A stretch of DNA of 44,141 nucleotides from positions 1 through 44,141 of IMG/VR virus record IMGVR_UViG_3300025888_000003; one strand, written 5' to 3'. The DNA comes from a virus (lineage: Duplodnaviria > Caudoviricetes). Position 1 is the stretch's first letter; each line of letters opens with the position of its first letter. This document shows positions 36,744 to 44,141 of the stretch, one piece after another. The translations under genes and the position numbers were made by a program. The notes beneath the pieces were generated by a model. The model was not told the DNA's origin. It did no database searches and saw only the letters and a program-made list of their open reading frames with translations.

Positions 36744-36954
36744 GGACGAATACAAATATAAAATTATGTATGATGTAGCAATGAATCGGTATAAATTATT
36801 ATGTGATGAATGGAAAGAAAAACGAGTTAAAGATGATTGGTCTGGGCGGCCTAATTATCCCGATTTGCGTATACCTAGCAAGAATAAAATTAAAAACAAT
36901 TGCATCAAAATTAGACAATTATTGCTTGAAGAATCTAAAACAGTTTGGAGTTGA
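36697..36954 (+). CDS. Hypothetical protein
   Basis: GGAGG SD; 85 aa. Confidence 0.65.
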   Translation: MTTKLEVVKFLLQEIEDEYKYKIMYDVAMNRYKLLCDEWKEKRVKDDWSGRPNYPDLRIPSKNKIKNNCIKIRQLLLEESKTVWS

Positions 36955-36958
36955 TATC

Positions 36959-37189
36959 ATGATAACCCCCGCAGCAGAACAACAACATCGATTAGCATTA
37001 TATAACCAAGGACTAACCGACCGCGAATTAGCTGAAAAATTATTTATTGGTTACAGTAGCGTGTTAATGTGGCGTAATAAAAATAAGTTAAAGCCAAACA
37101 AGCACATATTAACATTAGACGAAGCAATAGAAAAATATGACGGTCAGCTACAACAGTGGCTGATTGAGTTGAAGGAGTTGAAGGGATGA
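36959..37189 (+). CDS. HTH DNA-binding protein
   Basis: LYNQGLTDRELAEKL.I..SSV..WR.KNKL.PN; ATG after GGAG. Confidence 0.75.
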   Translation: MITPAAEQQHRLALYNQGLTDRELAEKLFIGYSSVLMWRNKNKLKPNKHILTLDEAIEKYDGQLQQWLIELKELKG

Positions 37190-37281
37190 TTGAGATAGGG
37201 CCTAATTTAAAAGATGCAATAGGGTTTATATGTTTAATATGCATGTGGTTTGGATGTATATACATTGTTTTTAAACATTAA
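37186..37281 (+). CDS. 31-aa single-TM peptide
   Basis: ATGA coupling; MIEIGPNLKDAIGFICLICMWFGCIYIVFKH. Confidence 0.5.
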   Translation: MIEIGPNLKDAIGFICLICMWFGCIYIVFKH

Positions 37282-37305
37282 TTTATTATAAGGAGGTATT
37301 ACATC

Positions 37306-37542
37306 ATGTCCGCAGGATTAATAGCCAAGATTGTCGACGGCAAATTACGCAATCCCGATAAAAATATTATCATTATTGCCAATACAGGTTTATGCCAATG
37401 CAAAATATGCGGCGCGATTATGCAGCTACTTACGCATTGCCATGCGGGTAAACACGGATACACCAGCAAGGAAGATATGATTGCAGACGGTAAAGTTAAA
37501 TTTTTGGGAATCAGGAATAATATTAATGAGGAGGATGATTGA
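37306..37542 (+). CDS. C2H2 Zn-finger-like protein
   Basis: CKICG..MQLLTHCHAGKHG; AAGGAGG SD. Confidence 0.65.
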   Translation: MSAGLIAKIVDGKLRNPDKNIIIIANTGLCQCKICGAIMQLLTHCHAGKHGYTSKEDMIADGKVKFLGIRNNINEEDD

Positions 37543-37822
37543 AATTAGTTGTGATAAATTTATAAAAGATTTTGAAGGATATCCTCTCTGCAAAGTAACA
37601 AAAATGTTATGCGAATATATAAACCCCAATATTGGAAGATGTTTTGAAGAAAAAGGGCCTGCATATCAACAAATATTTATTATAAAACAACATTTAAAAG
37701 AAATAGAATGGGCAATTACAACAGATGGTTGTGAAGAATGTCCCGCTTGTGGAGGATTGCGTATTGGAAATAGTCATAAACCTGATTGCTGGTTATATAA
37801 TGCCATTAAGGAGGATGATTGA
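37535..37822 (+). CDS. Cys-rich hypothetical protein
   Basis: CPACGG....HKPDCWL motif. Confidence 0.6.
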   Translation: MIEISCDKFIKDFEGYPLCKVTKMLCEYINPNIGRCFEEKGPAYQQIFIIKQHLKEIEWAITTDGCEECPACGGLRIGNSHKPDCWLYNAIKEDD

Positions 37823-37955
37823 AACATGCGTCCAATTTATTAGCAAAAATAAATCTGACCACCAGAAAAATTGTGGATTATGCATGAATTATATTGATGG
37901 TAAATGTAAGGAAGTTGAGAAGATTAAAAAGGAGCGGGTTAATAATGACAAGTGA
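37815..37955 (+). CDS. Small Cys-rich protein
   Basis: C..F....NCGLCMNY..GKC. Confidence 0.5.
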   Translation: MIETCVQFISKNKSDHQKNCGLCMNYIDGKCKEVEKIKKERVNNDK

Positions 37956-38361
37956 AATAAACTATTTCGGCAGCAGAACAGAATTTTCAACTGGCGCAGT
38001 AAGGGATATGTCGGCTACCAAGGGAAGGATGGATCTTCTCCCGTGGCAAGCTATCATTGAGCTATCAAAGCATTGCCAGCGTGGTGCAATCCATTATGAA
38101 GAACGCAATGTCGATAAAGGAATCCCTCTAAGCAGTCTTATGGACAGCGCATTCCGTCATATGGGGAAGTATATGGAAGGCGCCAACGACGAACCTCACC
38201 TAGTAGCTGCGCTGTGGAATTTGGCGTGGGCGGTGCAATTTGAAGCTAAGATGCCTGAAATGCAGGATATACCAAATAGGATGAAATTAATAGCTGGTGA
38301 ATCTGCAGTTATGACGGGTGCAGGCGTATCGTTTGTACCAGAACCGGGGTGGCTAAAATGA
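37945..38361 (+). CDS. dATP/dGTP diphosphohydrolase-like protein (DUF5664 type)
   Basis: FSTGAVRD...KGRMDLLP, GAIHY..RN..KGIP, DSAFRH, EPHLVAALWN. Confidence 0.85.
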   Translation: MTSEINYFGSRTEFSTGAVRDMSATKGRMDLLPWQAIIELSKHCQRGAIHYEERNVDKGIPLSSLMDSAFRHMGKYMEGANDEPHLVAALWNLAWAVQFEAKMPEMQDIPNRMKLIAGESAVMTGAGVSFVPEPGWLK

Positions 38362-38732
38362 GCGTACTTGAGAGGATACAGAACGGCGAACTGGCAGTAA
38401 TAGTTCACCACGAAAAAGTAGAAAATGTTTTTTTGGAACGCAATCCTGATATAGAAGAATGCGATACAATAGTTGATTTGGATGCGACTGCTGAACTCCT
38501 GCAATTAGCTACCATAGGCGAACGGATGCGGTGGATTCCAGTTAGTGAGGGATTACCAGACGAAGGAGACACAGTTGATGTATTTGCTAGAGGATGGGGA
38601 AGAGAAGCTTCCATGACAGTAGATTCATATGAAAGTAAATTATTTTTTCGCAACGATAACTATACATGCGATTTATTAGAAACTACTCACTGGCGGCCTT
38701 CTAAAAACGATAAACCGGAGGTAGACGAATGA
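38358..38732 (+). CDS. DUF551-like phage protein
   Basis: RWIPVSEGLP...V.V...THWRP. Confidence 0.75.
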   Translation: MSVLERIQNGELAVIVHHEKVENVFLERNPDIEECDTIVDLDATAELLQLATIGERMRWIPVSEGLPDEGDTVDVFARGWGREASMTVDSYESKLFFRNDNYTCDLLETTHWRPSKNDKPEVDE

Positions 38733-38768
38733 AAATTATACAAGTACATTCCGGTAGGAAGTGAGACA

Positions 38769-40919
38769 TTGAATACAAACACCAACATCATAAACCAGAT
38801 CAAGCACGAATTGTGCAATGTATCGACGGCTGTTGCGCGATACATACCGGAGTTAACATTACAGCATAAAGGGAAAGAGCTTATTGCTTGTTGTCCTTTT
38901 CATCAAGAAAATACACCAAGTTTTAAAATATACGATGACGATACAAGGTGGAAATGTTTTGGCTGCGGTAAAGAGGGCGACTTAATAGATTTGGTGGCTG
39001 AATCGAAAAGTATTGATAACAGCGAAGCAATAAAGTTTCTTGCTAATGATTTGCATATTGAGCAGGATGAACCGTCTGTAACAGTTAAACGAACTAAAAT
39101 ACGATCTCATTTTTACTGCAATGAAACAGGATTAAAGATAGTTCGTAAGGATGTATATTTAGACGGCAACGGTAAGAAAAGTGTTATTCAATACCGCTTA
39201 GAAAATGGCAAGTTTATTAAGGGGCTTGGCGGTTTAAGCCGCCCGCTGTATAAGTTTCCAGAACTGTTAAAGTCCATTGCAGCTAATCAGCCTATTTATT
39301 TTGTTGAAGGTGAAAAAGATGTCGAAACGTTGCTAAATATTGGATTACCTGCAACAACTACGGGTAGCTCGCAGGACCAGTTAAGGCCAGATCAGATTGT
39401 TTTTTTCCCTGGGGGTCATGAAATTATTGTTTTACCAGATAACGATTCCCCCGGAGAAATTTACGGTGATAATATTGCTGGCGTTCTTACCTCTAACGGG
39501 TGCAAAGTTAAAATAATACACTTGCCGGGACTTAAGCCGAAGGGCGATATTTCAGATTGGTTGCAAGTAGCTGGTAACACGAAGGAAAAATTATTACAAA
39601 TTGTTGAACAAGCTCCCATTAGACAGCCATCTAATACCGATTGGGAATGTGAATTTGAAGTTAATCAGTTTGGTAATAAAAAATCGTGTTCTAAAAATTT
39701 CCTGCTTATTATGAATAATGATCCAATTTTTAAATTCATACAATTTAACGAATTATCACAGCAAATAGAGTTTAACAAGGATAAAGACGAACCCTACTCG
39801 TTAGATGATAACGGCGAAGCAATGTTACGAATTCACATTGATTGCACATATGGTATGCGCAGCCCGGCAGTATGCCACGATTCATTAATTTGGGCAGCCT
39901 ATCAGAAAAAATATCATCCGGTTAAAAATTATTTTGATAAACTGCCACAATGGGACGGAACTATCAGAGCAGAACGTATTTTTATTGATTATTTAGGCGC
40001 AGAAGATTGCCAATACACAAAAAATGTTACTAAAATGATATTAAAAGCTGCTTATGAACGAGTTTTTAAACCTGGAGAAAAATTTGATTTAATTTTAGTT
40101 ATCAGAGGGCCGCAGGGAATAGGTAAATCAGTATTGATTAGCAAATTAGGCGTTCATTGGTCCCATGCTTCACTTCGTTTGACGGATATGAAAGACACCA
40201 AAATAGCTGCTGAAAAGATTCAAGGATACTGGATAGTTGAAATTCCTGAACTAGCTGGTATGTCTACGGCAGAATTAGAATCAACTAAGGCTTTTATTAC
40301 CGCTACGGATGATGTATTCCGCGAAGCGTTTGCCAAAAAAGTTAAGAAAGTAAAAAGGTCTAGTATCATGATTGCAAGTACGAATGCCGAGCATGGATAT
40401 TTACGGGATGAAACAGGTGGAAGACGATTTATTGATTTATATTGTAAGGGTGGTACCGGACTAACAGCAATGAAAATAAACGATAATTTTATATCTCAAT
40501 TATGGTCAGAAGTAAAAACAACTTATAGTGATGTAAAATTGACGCTCGAAGGAACTGATTTAGAACGGTCAAGATTAGATCAGCAGGAGCAAATTGAACA
40601 AGACCCCCGCGAGGATTTAGTTGCTGAATACCTCGATACGCCCATACCAGCTAGTTGGTACAAGGAATTAGTTCACGTTAGGCATGCTTTTATAGACAAC
40701 CCCGACAATTTTCCTCACCTTACAGAGTCTGCTAAATTACGCGAAGTAGTTTGTATTGCTGAAGTTTATGAGGAATGTTTTGGATTAAACAAAGGACAGA
40801 TGCAAAACAAGGATCGCGCAGCTATTACACGAATATTGACACGCCTTGGATGGAAGAAGTACGAAGGTAAAAAACGTTGTGGAGCTTACGGCGCAGCAAG
40901 AGGATTTGATCGACCATAA
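38769..40919 (+). CDS. Primase-helicase fusion: CHC2 Zn finger, TOPRIM and VapE/VirE-type P-loop helicase
   Basis: CPFHQENTPSF..CFGC; VEGEKD, PDND..G; HPVKNY, WDG..R, GPQGIGKS, WIVEIPEL, DETGGRRF. Confidence 0.92.
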   Translation: MNTNTNIINQIKHELCNVSTAVARYIPELTLQHKGKELIACCPFHQENTPSFKIYDDDTRWKCFGCGKEGDLIDLVAESKSIDNSEAIKFLANDLHIEQDEPSVTVKRTKIRSHFYCNETGLKIVRKDVYLDGNGKKSVIQYRLENGKFIKGLGGLSRPLYKFPELLKSIAANQPIYFVEGEKDVETLLNIGLPATTTGSSQDQLRPDQIVFFPGGHEIIVLPDNDSPGEIYGDNIAGVLTSNGCKVKIIHLPGLKPKGDISDWLQVAGNTKEKLLQIVEQAPIRQPSNTDWECEFEVNQFGNKKSCSKNFLLIMNNDPIFKFIQFNELSQQIEFNKDKDEPYSLDDNGEAMLRIHIDCTYGMRSPAVCHDSLIWAAYQKKYHPVKNYFDKLPQWDGTIRAERIFIDYLGAEDCQYTKNVTKMILKAAYERVFKPGEKFDLILVIRGPQGIGKSVLISKLGVHWSHASLRLTDMKDTKIAAEKIQGYWIVEIPELAGMSTAELESTKAFITATDDVFREAFAKKVKKVKRSSIMIASTNAEHGYLRDETGGRRFIDLYCKGGTGLTAMKINDNFISQLWSEVKTTYSDVKLTLEGTDLERSRLDQQEQIEQDPREDLVAEYLDTPIPASWYKELVHVRHAFIDNPDNFPHLTESAKLREVVCIAEVYEECFGLNKGQMQNKDRAAITRILTRLGWKKYEGKKRCGAYGAARGFDRP

Positions 40920-40920
40920 C

Positions 40921-41193
40921 GGCAACACGGCAACACGAATGGCAACACGACCAGCCCTTGTGGTATATATGTTTGTAGCCATTGTTGCCATTGTTGACAT
41001 ATTATAAAGAGTATATATATATAGTTAGCAAACGGCTACAAGGAGCTTGCCGCAAAAGTTGTCCAAACTCTCCATAGAAGTTTGAGATCGAGTGGCAACA
41101 CGGCTACAATGGCAACAAGGAAATTTTACCAGTACTTCAAACCCGCATGAATACTGGCTTTATAAAAAATGGTAAAAAATGTTTGTTGCCACT
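40921..41193. repeat. Iteron-like GGC(A/T)ACA array around an AT-rich core; putative replication origin
   Basis: Direct copies at 40921, 40929, 40941, 41034, 41094, 41102, 41111; inverted copies at 40974, 40983, 40992 (variant), 41184; TATATATATA core near 41012. Confidence 0.8.
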
Positions 41194-41219
41194 CTAAAAA
41201 TATAGGAGGTATAAAAAAC

Positions 41220-41342
41220 TTGGATTATTTTAGATATTTGCAGTTTTTAACTGATTTGCGAGTAAAGACAGAAAAACTTGATAATCACCGAGCAGTTGAT
41301 TGTTGTTTGTGGCTGAAGTTAAAAAATAAGGGAGGTAAATAA
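41220..41342 (+). CDS. Hypothetical 40-aa protein
   Basis: AGGAGGT SD then TTG. Confidence 0.5.
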   Translation: MDYFRYLQFLTDLRVKTEKLDNHRAVDCCLWLKLKNKGGK

Positions 41343-41344
41343 AA

Positions 41345-41539
41345 ATGCAGGGTATGTGCAGTACATGTAAGTTTTCCAGAAAGGAATATGACGATATTTT
41401 ATCATGCAAGAAAACTAAACAAGATATGTATATAACACAAGGATGGGGAGTTGAATTTTGCGAAACTGTTAAGGCTGATGATAGTTGTGATAAATGGGAA
41501 ATTAAATCTGTTAGAAAATGTAACCACCATGCACGCTGA
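41345..41539 (+). CDS. Small Cys-rich protein
   Basis: CSTCKF..C..DDSCDKWE; GGGAGG SD. Confidence 0.65.
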   Translation: MQGMCSTCKFSRKEYDDILSCKKTKQDMYITQGWGVEFCETVKADDSCDKWEIKSVRKCNHHAR

Positions 41540-41711
41540 CATGTACAAGGAAAAATTAGTCATTCATCCACGCAAAAATTATATTTGCCATGGCTGCGGT
41601 AAAATTATTACTGGTAAGCATTATTGTATTGCCGGGTGCAGGGATAAACGGTTTTATGCGATACGGGTATGCTGTGATTGTAAAAATAATATGGAGGGTG
41701 TATTAATATGA
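41529..41711 (+). CDS. Small Zn-finger-like protein, similar pattern to 27148
   Basis: RKNYICHGCGKII.G..Y...RVCCDC. Confidence 0.6.
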   Translation: MHADMYKEKLVIHPRKNYICHGCGKIITGKHYCIAGCRDKRFYAIRVCCDCKNNMEGVLI

Positions 41712-41932
41712 CAAATTTGAAATTTCGTGTTTGGGACAAGGTTAACAAAGTTATGATACCAGCAGCAAATATTTTTATTAATGGATCAGGTGTTGTGTGG
41801 GTAAATAAGCGTGACGGATTTGAAGGTACAGATAATATGGTAGCAAGTGACGATTATGATATTGTGATGTATACAGGATTGCTGGACGTTGACGGAAATG
41901 AAATTTATGGTTTCAAGCTGAAAGCTTTTTAA
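41708..41932 (+). CDS. Truncated YopX-like protein
   Basis: KFRVWDK...MYTGLLDVDGNEIY, then ends without the C-terminal half. Confidence 0.7.
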   Translation: MTNLKFRVWDKVNKVMIPAANIFINGSGVVWVNKRDGFEGTDNMVASDDYDIVMYTGLLDVDGNEIYGFKLKAF

Positions 41933-41973
41933 TTAATTTAGTCGACAGTTATTTATGATGGCTATATCGAATT

Positions 41974-42054
41974 ATGCACGTTGACATTTATCAATTATAT
42001 ATGCTGATTGGATCACTTGTGCTGTTATATGTTGTGTGGATAATATATGGTTAA
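41974..42054 (+). CDS. Single-TM peptide (..LLYVVWIIYG)
   Basis: Hydrophobic short ORF; start 41974 or 42001; weak SD. Confidence 0.35.
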   Translation: MHVDIYQLYMLIGSLVLLYVVWIIYG

Positions 42055-42070
42055 GGGAGGATGATGTTTT

Positions 42071-42244
42071 ATGATGGTAAAATGCTGCGAAATAAATTGC
42101 ACTAAACCTGCTACATTTGGTATTCAATCTGAATTACGCCAACTTGACATTGATTATACTTATTCATGCAGCGAACACCTTGTTGACATGCTGGACGATT
42201 CGCTGTTTTTTGTTGTTACGCGATTACAGGAGGACGTTTTATGA
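42071..42244 (+). CDS. 57-aa Zn-binding-like microprotein
   Basis: GGGAGG SD; CC...C.KPA...YSCSEH. Confidence 0.6.
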   Translation: MMVKCCEINCTKPATFGIQSELRQLDIDYTYSCSEHLVDMLDDSLFFVVTRLQEDVL

Positions 42245-42410
42245 AAATTAAATTAGACTTAGTTGATGGTAGCAGTATGGAAATGTCATGCAATGATAAA
42301 TATGATTTTAGAACCACTATCAGTAAATAATCAAGTGTAATATGGTAACGGACCCGTATTCAAATGTTATTATGCCTACATCAGCTATTGTGCGGTACAC
42401 GTTGTTATGA
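42241..42410 (+). pseudogene. Small gene split by a one-base frameshift
   Basis: AGGAGG SD; stops at 42330; the -1 frame continues to a TGA overlapping the next ATG. Confidence 0.45.
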
Positions 42411-42475
42411 AATATACTTGGCTGATAATATTTGTTTATGTTGTGTGGCTAATATTTGGTTGTGTGCGACAATAA
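42407..42475 (+). CDS. 22-aa single-TM peptide
   Basis: ATGA coupling; MKYTWLIIFVYVVWLIFGCVRQ. Confidence 0.45.
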   Translation: MKYTWLIIFVYVVWLIFGCVRQ

Positions 42476-42481
42476 TATTAT

Positions 42482-42503
42482 TAGGTATACAATCGTATAC
42501 CTA
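42482..42503. promoter_or_regulatory. Perfect inverted repeat (operator or hairpin)
   Basis: TAGGTATAC-aatc-GTATACCTA in an intergenic region. Confidence 0.5.
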
Positions 42504-42581
42504 GCACTAGTTTAATCGCACACGAGCCAACTGTGGAAGTTTGGGAGGCATTTGTGGTTATAATTTAAGGAGGTATTTGTA

Positions 42582-42809
42582 ATGGATGTTTGTCATATGG
42601 TGCCAACTGGCATGGGTGATGAATATGATGAGCTATTTATACAGCAATATGCTGATTATGTTAAATTTAGGGAGTACAGCAATATTGGCGGTTATAGATA
42701 TGCTGAACTTCATATGTGGGCTGACGATGCTTATGTTAACGGCGATAAAGTTAAGTATACTAGAATTATGAATGTTGCTATGCGATATCGTGCAGGGAGG
42801 TATTTATAA
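42582..42809 (+). CDS. Hypothetical protein
   Basis: AAGGAGGT SD; 75 aa. Confidence 0.7.
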   Translation: MDVCHMVPTGMGDEYDELFIQQYADYVKFREYSNIGGYRYAELHMWADDAYVNGDKVKYTRIMNVAMRYRAGRYL

Positions 42810-43006
42810 TGTCCAGCGTATGTGATGACCTATTATCTGAATTTTACCGTGATATGCGTAAGACTCATCATACGATTGATCCATTGCCTGCTGGGGAAGC
42901 GTTGCCGGGTGGAGGAAGTAAGTCTAAGTCGAATAAGTCTAAGTCTAAAAAACCTAGTCTATCAACATTAAATCAACAGCTAGGATTTTCTGGAATTAAT
43001 CGTTGA
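42809..43006 (+). CDS. Small basic protein with (KS)n tract
   Basis: GGGAGG SD, TAATG coupling; SKSKSNKSKSKK. Confidence 0.65.
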   Translation: MSSVCDDLLSEFYRDMRKTHHTIDPLPAGEALPGGGSKSKSNKSKSKKPSLSTLNQQLGFSGINR

Positions 43007-43031
43007 CTGTATACCATATATACGATATAAT
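43003..43031 (+). promoter_or_regulatory. Sigma-A promoter upstream of terS (candidate late promoter)
   Basis: TTGACT, 17 nt, TATAAT. Confidence 0.8.
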
Positions 43032-43055
43032 TAATGTATACTCGTGACCCATTTT

Positions 43056-43088
43056 TAAGCCTGCTATTTATGTGGGCTTATTTTTATT
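43056..43088 (+). terminator. Terminator hairpin between promoter and terS
   Basis: TAAGCCTGC-tatttat-GTGGGCTTA then TTTTTATT. Confidence 0.7.
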
Positions 43089-43121
43089 GTGTGAGCCTAT
43101 TTTATTATTATGGGAGTGATT

Positions 43122-43568
43122 GTGGTGGCAGCACCTAAAGGCAATAAATATGCTGTCGGTAATAACGGTGGTAGACCGCTTAAATATAAATGTGTTGAAG
43201 ATATGCAAGTTGTTATTGATAAGTATTTTATTGACATGGCTGATGAAGGCAGACCTCTTACAATTTCGGGACTAGCTTATGCGTTAGAAATAGACAGAGA
43301 TCAGTTGTTAGATTATGCTAAGAGAGATGAGTTTTCCAGCTCTTTGCTTAAAGCTAGGCATCGTGTCTATGTTTATGCAGAGGAATCTTTATGGACTTGC
43401 AAGAATCCTGCTGGTCCTATTTTTAACCTCAAGAATAACTATGGATGGCAGGATCGTCAAGATATTAACGTCAATATGACTGGTGGCTACGCTGAACGTT
43501 TGCAGGCAGCAGAGGAACGCTCTAAGCTGGTCAACGTAACACCAATTCCACCAGAAATTACCGATTAG
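43122..43568 (+). CDS. terS: Terminase small subunit (P22 gp3/Sf6 gp1-like)
   Basis: APKGNKYA.GN.GGRP.KY, PLTISGLA..L, GPIFNLKNNYGW.D; GTG start 43122 or 43125. Confidence 0.88.
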   Translation: MVAAPKGNKYAVGNNGGRPLKYKCVEDMQVVIDKYFIDMADEGRPLTISGLAYALEIDRDQLLDYAKRDEFSSSLLKARHRVYVYAEESLWTCKNPAGPIFNLKNNYGWQDRQDINVNMTGGYAERLQAAEERSKLVNVTPIPPEITD

Positions 43569-43946
43569 TGTTGTGTGTAGTGGACAATTATCAATTAGGA
43601 TGATGGTAAATTATTACTATGCCTGCGAAGGTGCATAAACGCTGCATTCTTAAGTTCCGATAACTATCCAATTATAACTTGTTGACGTTAATATTTGTTG
43701 ATAACGTTTATTGTTTCAACATGCGTTGTTTTACTGTTTGATGCTGGCATGATGCCATTTGGTCGCGTTGCGAAGCGTGTCATGATGATTGTGTGCGCGC
43801 CGCGAATCTTGCACAGAAAACATGCCGGGTAGTGGGGGCGGCACCCAAAATTTCCGCGCGTCTCGTTAAAGTTGCGCTCCCTCGCAAAATATATAATATT
43901 ATAACAAAAAGGAAAATTTTTACAAATAGGCGGTGGAATATCAGCC

Positions 43947-44123
43947 ATGCTAAAAAAAATATTAAAATATCAAAAAAATATATATGATGGTAACTTGTTA
44001 ACCATAATTTTTATAGGGGTAGGTTGCTGGACATTTGGTTTATCGTGGATTGAACCTAAGGCTATCATGGTAAATATTGGTCCTATAATGATACTTATTA
44101 ACGGCTATTTTCATGAACACTAA
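43947..44123 (+). CDS. 58-aa two-TM membrane protein overlapping the terL start
   Basis: GGCGGTGG SD; MLKKILKYQKNIYDGNLLTIIFIGVGCWTFGLSWIEPKAIMVNIGPIMILINGYFHEH; on the circle it ends at position 109. Confidence 0.55.
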   Translation: MLKKILKYQKNIYDGNLLTIIFIGVGCWTFGLSWIEPKAIMVNIGPIMILINGYFHEH

Positions 44124-44141
44124 AGACTTAAAAATATTATC
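44015..44141. repeat. Terminal direct repeat, right copy of 1-127
   Basis: Exact match to 1-127. Confidence 0.97.

Noticed and set aside
37945-38361. 2-aminoadenine (Z) genome pathway
   Set aside because: No PurZ, no HD-domain dATPase and no phage DNA polymerase found
308-40999. Minus-strand ORFs in the track (for example 308-817, 2975-3469, 31801-32118)
   Set aside because: They are antisense shadows of well-supported plus-strand genes and lack recognisable motifs
40921-41193. Mini-CRISPR or ncRNA array
   Set aside because: Repeats are only 7-8 nt, in both orientations and irregularly spaced; an origin fits better
41981-41986. TTGACA as a promoter -35 box
   Set aside because: No acceptable -10 box at 16-18 nt spacing
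43688-43987. ORFs 43688-43948 (-) and 43793-43987 (+)
   Set aside because: No clear SD and low-complexity translation across the GC island; probably non-coding

Overview
The window is an apparently complete circular dsDNA phage genome of 44,014 bp. Bases 44015-44141 exactly repeat 1-127, which looks like an assembler overlap. All credible genes lie on the + strand. The first ~26 kb is a short-tailed (podovirus, BPP-1/T7-like architecture) late region: TerL, portal, scaffold, capsid, adaptor and nozzle, ejection proteins including a 1894-aa polyvalent protein, a T7-gp17-type fibre adaptor with two Mtd-N-type receptor-binding proteins, and a lysis cassette. The remaining ~18 kb is an early/replication region: Xis-like HTH, pentapeptide-repeat protein, Gp157, Rad52/Sak-like annealase, SSB, PAPS-reductase-like protein, SF2 helicase, VRR-NUC nuclease, YopX proteins, dATP/dGTP diphosphohydrolase-like protein, primase-VapE helicase with an iteron-like array, many Cys-rich and membrane microproteins, and TerS. 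I see no integrase, DNA polymerase, reverse transcriptase, tRNA or CRISPR array. Strong GGAGG SD sites, sigma-A promoters and YopX/Gp157 point to a Firmicutes host. The podovirus module plus a predicted outer-membrane lysis protein suggest a diderm Firmicute (Negativicutes); this is inference. The best novelty candidate is a nested two-frame gene pair at 25397-25943 that looks like a lipoprotein-free spanin: an inner-membrane coiled-coil protein plus a secreted coiled-coil protein ending in beta-strands with a terminal Y-x-F. All family calls come from motif recognition by eye, not database searches.
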